Origin: an uncultured Erysipelotrichaceae bacterium | GTDB lineage: Bacteria > Bacillota_I > Bacilli_A > Erysipelotrichales > Erysipelotrichaceae | Assembly: GCA_944325935.1 (NCBI GenBank) | Contig: CALVCF010000041.1 | Coordinates: 1-63,375, forward strand | Reading direction: 5' to 3' | Length of the DNA: 63,375 bases | Shown: positions 59,879 to 63,375 of the stretch, one piece after another | Position numbering within the stretch: position 1 is the first letter of the stretch | How the letters are laid out: each line of letters starts with the position of its first letter | Position numbers and translations under genes: made by a program | Notes under the pieces: generated by a model | Told to the model about the DNA's origin: nothing | The model's input: only the letters and a program-made list of their open reading frames with translations | Databases searched by the model: none

Positions 59879-60175
59879 TTATTTATCGCCTAAGATATCG
59901 ATCTTGTAGCCTTCTTTTAATTTGATGTAGGCTTTGCGGATCGCTTTTGTATGCGATTCATTACGATATCTTCCGATATATCTTGTCTTAGGCTTTGAAT
60001 TGAGGATGTTGACCTTTTCGACCTTGACATTGAAGATCTCCTCGATGGCCTTTTTGACATGCGTCTTATTGGTGCCTTTAGCAACCTCGAAGACGACTGT
60101 GTTATCGTTTTCTTGAGTCTTTAAGCTCTTTTCTGTAACGATGGGTCGAATGATTACATCATGTGCGTTAGTCAT
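59879..60175 (-). CDS. rplW: 50S ribosomal protein L23
   Basis: ...DVIIRPIVTEKSLK...; position between rplD and rplB. Confidence 0.94.
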   Translation of the reverse strand: MTNAHDVIIRPIVTEKSLKTQENDNTVVFEVAKGTNKTHVKKAIEEIFNVKVEKVNILNSKPKTRYIGRYRNESHTKAIRKAYIKLKEGYKIDILGDK

Positions 60176-60803
60176 TAGCTAATACCTCCTCGACCTTCTT
60201 AGCAGCAGCCTTTGTCATAACGAGCTTATCAGCATCTAAGACATCATAGACATTGACACCCTGAGCCATGACGACAGCTACATTTGGCAGATTGCGCATT
60301 GATAGATATGCGTTGTTGAAGTCTTCGTTTTCTTCGACCACAAATAAGGTCTTGCGGTCAAAATTGAAGGCTTCCATGACTTTAACGAAATTCTTGGTCT
60401 TGACTTCGTCCATGTGAAGCGAATCCAAGATAACGAGGTTTTCGTTTTGACCCTTTAAAGATAAGGCACTGCGTAAAGCCAAACGACGGACCTTACGATT
60501 TAAACGGAAACCATATTTGCGAGGTGTTGGACCAAAGGGGATCCCGCCGCCTCTGAATTGTGTTGCTCTGATCGAACCTTGACGCGCATTACCTGTACCC
60601 TTTTGGGAATATGGCTTTTTGCCGCCGCCTCCAACTTCCGAGCGCGATTTGGTATCATGCGTACCTTGACGCCAAGAAGCACGTTGTTTTAAGACGGCAT
60701 CAAACAGAGCTTGCTTATTAGCTTCAGTGTTATAGACGCGATCATTAAGTTCGATATCGCCGACCACTTTAGCACTTAAATCATATACATCAAACTTTGC
60801 CAT
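60168..60803 (-). CDS. rplD: 50S ribosomal protein L4
   Basis: ...GGGKKPYSQKGTGNARQGSIRATQFRGGG... Confidence 0.95.
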   Translation of the reverse strand: MAKFDVYDLSAKVVGDIELNDRVYNTEANKQALFDAVLKQRASWRQGTHDTKSRSEVGGGGKKPYSQKGTGNARQGSIRATQFRGGGIPFGPTPRKYGFRLNRKVRRLALRSALSLKGQNENLVILDSLHMDEVKTKNFVKVMEAFNFDRKTLFVVEENEDFNNAYLSMRNLPNVAVVMAQGVNVYDVLDADKLVMTKAAAKKVEEVLAND

Positions 60804-60807
60804 TGAT

Positions 60808-61485
60808 CTATGCTTCCTCCTGTCCTAATAAGACTTTAGCTGGAACCTTTTTAACGCGCTTAACAGTGGTCTTGACTAAGACTAAGCCACGCTTTGGTCC
60901 AGGGACATTTCCCTTGATCAGCATGTAGTTCTTTTCAGCATCAACTTTGATAACTTCAAGATTTTGGTTAGTTGTCGTATAGACACCTTCATGACCAGCC
61001 ATCATCGTACCTTTTTCGATACGTCCGTTGTTACGACCAGTCGTAGCTAGAGAACCGATATGGCGGATGTTCTTACTACCACCATGGCTTCTGGGACCTT
61101 GATGTGCGTTATTGCGCACGATCGTGCCCATGTATCCTTTACCTTTAGAGGTGCCCGTTACATCAACGATGTCACCAGCGGAAAAGATATCGACTTTAAC
61201 AAGATCGCCAACATTTAAGTTCATAAGCTCATCAGCCTTAACTTCTCTTAAGAAGCGCTTGGGAGCAGTGTTAGCTTTCTTGGCGTGATTTACTAGAGCT
61301 CTTGTCGTTCTTGATTCTTTGACATCCTCAAGACCTAACTGTAAAGCTTCATAGCCATCACTTTCTTGGGTTTTCTTTTGGACGACCACATTTGGTTCGC
61401 ACTCAACAACTGTAACTGGAATCAAGTTACCGTCATTGGTGAAGACCTGGGTCATACCTAACTTTCTGCCAAGTATTCCTTTCAT
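60808..61485 (-). CDS. rplC: 50S ribosomal protein L3
   Basis: MKGILGRKLGMTQVF... Confidence 0.96.
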   Translation of the reverse strand: MKGILGRKLGMTQVFTNDGNLIPVTVVECEPNVVVQKKTQESDGYEALQLGLEDVKESRTTRALVNHAKKANTAPKRFLREVKADELMNLNVGDLVKVDIFSAGDIVDVTGTSKGKGYMGTIVRNNAHQGPRSHGGSKNIRHIGSLATTGRNNGRIEKGTMMAGHEGVYTTTNQNLEVIKVDAEKNYMLIKGNVPGPKRGLVLVKTTVKRVKKVPAKVLLGQEEA

Positions 61486-61503
61486 AATGTCACCTTTCTA
61501 ATC

Positions 61504-61815
61504 CTATAACTTAATTTCAATATCGACACCGCTTGGTAGCTCCAGACGACTTAAGGCATCGATCGTCTTAGCACTTGGACCAACGATTTCGATCAAACGC
61601 TTGTGCGTTCTCATTTCAAACTGTTCACGTGAATCTTTGTACTTGTGGACAGCTCTTAAGATCGTCACGACTTGTTTCTCTGTTGGTAATGGAACAGGTC
61701 CGATGACTTTCTTTGCACCAGTATCTTCAGCAGCCTTCACGATCTTTTCGCTAGCGGCATCTAAAGAACGATGTTCGTAAGCTTTTAATTTAATTCTTAC
61801 GTTATTTTTTGCCAT
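61504..61815 (-). CDS. rpsJ: 30S ribosomal protein S10
   Basis: ...[21 protein letters not shown]...; first gene of the S10 operon. Confidence 0.96.
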   Translation of the reverse strand: MAKNNVRIKLKAYEHRSLDAASEKIVKAAEDTGAKKVIGPVPLPTEKQVVTILRAVHKYKDSREQFEMRTHKRLIEIVGPSAKTIDALSRLELPSGVDIEIKL

Positions 61816-61944
61816 GAAATTTTCCTCCTTCTTTCACTTATCGAATTGCTTCGATCACTCGCTACATGTGAATTACCTGGTTATCACACGGTACACAGGT
61901 TTCCGTGTGCCAGCAACCTCCCATATCAACACGAGGGCTTTAAT

Positions 61945-61974
61945 ATCATACTCCAAAGCCTTAATAAGATGCAA
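61945..61974 (-). promoter_or_regulatory. Putative promoter of the S10 operon, followed by a ~130-nt leader
   Basis: On the minus strand: TTGCAT (61974-61969), an 18-nt spacer, TATGAT (61950-61945), with an A/T-rich UP-like tract upstream. The leader contains the hairpin cacacgg/ccgtgtg (61885-61909). Confidence 0.45.
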
Positions 61975-62248
61975 GCTTTTTTTAAATAAAATTTGCAAAA
62001 AACGCCCTATTATCCGTCAAATACACCATCACTCAGATCAACGGTTATAGGTGTTTCGTATATTCATGCGCTTAACGATCAGTATTAGCCTGCTTTTTGC
62101 CTATATTATCCTTATATATATAATATGGTTAATTTGTTATCAATGGCAGCAAATAAAGCCATACCTATATCATTACATTATCTTTTTCGCAAAACCAAAA
62201 AGGTTCTTAAGCGTTTTAGCAGATAAAATAGTTTGCGTGCTTTCAAAA

Positions 62249-62315
62249 GTTTTTACTGATTTTAAGTAAAAACTTCTGTTTTATAAAACTTTTTACTTAT
62301 TTTAAGTAAAAACTT
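62249..62315. repeat. Two tandem copies (40-bp period) of a 27-bp unit, each an inverted repeat AGTTTTTACT-N7-AGTAAAAACT
   Basis: Copy 1 (62249-62275) is agtttttactgattttaagtaaaaact, with perfect 10-bp arms. Copy 2 (62289-62315) is actttttacttattttaagtaaaaact, with one arm mismatch. Confidence 0.85.
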
Positions 62316-62424
62316 TTTATATTATGACCGATTCACCTAAGTATTTATTTTTTAATTGAATGTACTTAACCAAAAAAGCCACTTGTTGTTTAAGAGAGAT
62401 CCTAAAAAGATACAATAATAATGT

Positions 62425-63375
62425 ATGGATATTAGTGACCTGGGCTTAATTATCAAAAGATTCTTTAAAAGATACTGGCACCGCATCTTTCGAAAACCCT
62501 TATATGACAAAAGACAACTGGCGATCTTTAAGGCAGCCAAAAGCGGTGACATCATTTTCTGTGAAATGCCCTATAGTGACCAGTTGCTCTTTAAAATCAA
62601 GAAAGGGCATCGCCAAAGACCCTATGTCATTGTCAAAAAAGACCAAAATTATCTTTGGGGCTATGCCTGCACCACCCATCCCAACAAACGCTTGCCCCGT
62701 ACCAAGGTCGCTAAGATCATATATCAAAAAAGAAAAATCGACTCTTATGTGATCTTAAATGAAATCTATGCTATTCCAATCCATAAGATCCTAAACCCCT
62801 ATGATGAACTGAGCGAAAGTTCGAAAGTCGCCATCGATCGTTTGATTATTATGAATCAAAATCATCGAAATAAGGGCAATCTTTTGACCTTTAAGATGGA
62901 TATCAACCTGCAAAAAGGCGATATCATCCTGTATCATCAAAGCTATTGGCTCTTTTACAGCGAAAACAAGGACGGAATCTTTGCCTACCGCCTTAGCAAT
63001 AATGACGCCGATGGCTATACGAAATTAGATCTTAAGGATACTTTTTGGAATTATATCGACCTGCGCCAAAAATATTTCCTTGATACAGCCAACTATCAAA
63101 TGCTCTACTCTTTCTTTAATGCGGCAGAGCTAAAAGAGATCGAAGAAAAAATAGCGCTGTTGCGCCATAAAAAGAAAAATAAAAAAAGAAATGAACGCAA
63201 TAAAAATAAGGACTACAAATTAGACTATGAGAGCGGTTCGATCTTTGAGAATTTCTGGCAGGGAGTGCATTACATTTATCTTTTCTCGCGCAAGGGAAAT
63301 TCGTATATTGTAAACCTTGAAGATATCGAAGAAGATAATTTCGCTTTGCATAAACGCGATCTTTCTCAGTTCAAG
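62425..63375 (+). CDS. Open-ended ORF (>317 aa, runs off the window): tandem PemK/MazF-like SH3-barrel modules separated by a Lys-rich linker
   Basis: My own translation: MDISDLGLIIKRFFKRYWHRIFRKPLYDKRQLAIFKAAKSGDIIFCEMPYSDQLLFKIKKGHRQRPYVIVKKDQNYLWGYACTTHPNK... No stop codon occurs before 63375, which is why it is absent from the ORF track. No obvious SD, so the start is uncertain. Confidence 0.6.
   Translation, partial: MDISDLGLIIKRFFKRYWHRIFRKPLYDKRQLAIFKAAKSGDIIFCEMPYSDQLLFKIKKGHRQRPYVIVKKDQNYLWGYACTTHPNKRLPRTKVAKIIYQKRKIDSYVILNEIYAIPIHKILNPYDELSESSKVAIDRLIIMNQNHRNKGNLLTFKMDINLQKGDIILYHQSYWLFYSENKDGIFAYRLSNNDADGYTKLDLKDTFWNYIDLRQKYFLDTANYQMLYSFFNAAELKEIEEKIALLRHKKKNKKRNERNKNKDYKLDYESGSIFENFWQGVHYIYLFSRKGNSYIVNLEDIEEDNFALHKRDLSQFK

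Noticed and set aside
62051-62269. 72-aa plus-strand ORF (GTG start) in the rpsJ upstream intergenic region, and minus-strand ORFs 62352-62555 and 62500-62727
   Set aside because: The first is in AT-rich sequence with no SD and a non-ATG start, and its Ile/Leu/Tyr-rich translation is what AT-rich DNA gives by chance. The two minus-strand ORFs are antisense to the much longer PemK-like ORF. A tiny membrane peptide cannot be excluded, but nothing supports it.

Overview
This is a chromosomal segment from a low-GC Gram-positive bacterium (Bacillota). The DUF285-type surface protein, PSP1/YaaT, AddAB and a Zn-ribbon S14 are compatible with an Erysipelotrichia- or Mollicutes-related lineage, but that is only a guess. 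Layout: (i) the 3' part of tuf. (ii) A long minus-strand array of housekeeping genes with overlapping or near-abutting boundaries, 1.6-21 kb: RpiR regulator, hydrolases, CcdA-thioredoxin fusion, uppP, two COG0523-like GTPases, dipeptidase, exonuclease III, aminopeptidase P, bcp, PHP phosphatase, LMW-PTP, Fe-ADH, WYL-type regulator, BI-1 and a TcdA::M3-peptidase fused ORF. miaA follows. (iii) An accessory stretch at about 23.8-30.8 kb, on the plus strand. It holds an MNT/HepT toxin-antitoxin pair, a frameshifted ArdC-like gene, a stand-alone tRNA-Ile/tRNA-Ala pair, an SPFH protein coupled to a small RHH-like protein, and a four-gene operon of secreted or anchored proteins with no assignable function. 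(iv) The NAD salvage genes pncB-nadE-nadD, tag, rsmI, yaaT, holB, tmk, a NUDIX gene, gpmI and addBA. (v) The complete S10-spc-alpha ribosomal protein superoperon on the minus strand (rpsJ to rplQ, 47.7-61.8 kb). (vi) An open-ended ORF at the 3' edge built from tandem PemK/MazF-like modules, preceded by two tandem palindromes. The best candidates for something undescribed are the four-gene surface-protein operon (28.1-30.8 kb) and the tandem-PemK-like ORF with its upstream palindromes. I found no CRISPR array, rRNA gene, integrase or transposase. GATC is strikingly over-represented throughout the core genes. All family assignments come from motif recognition by eye; no database search was possible.
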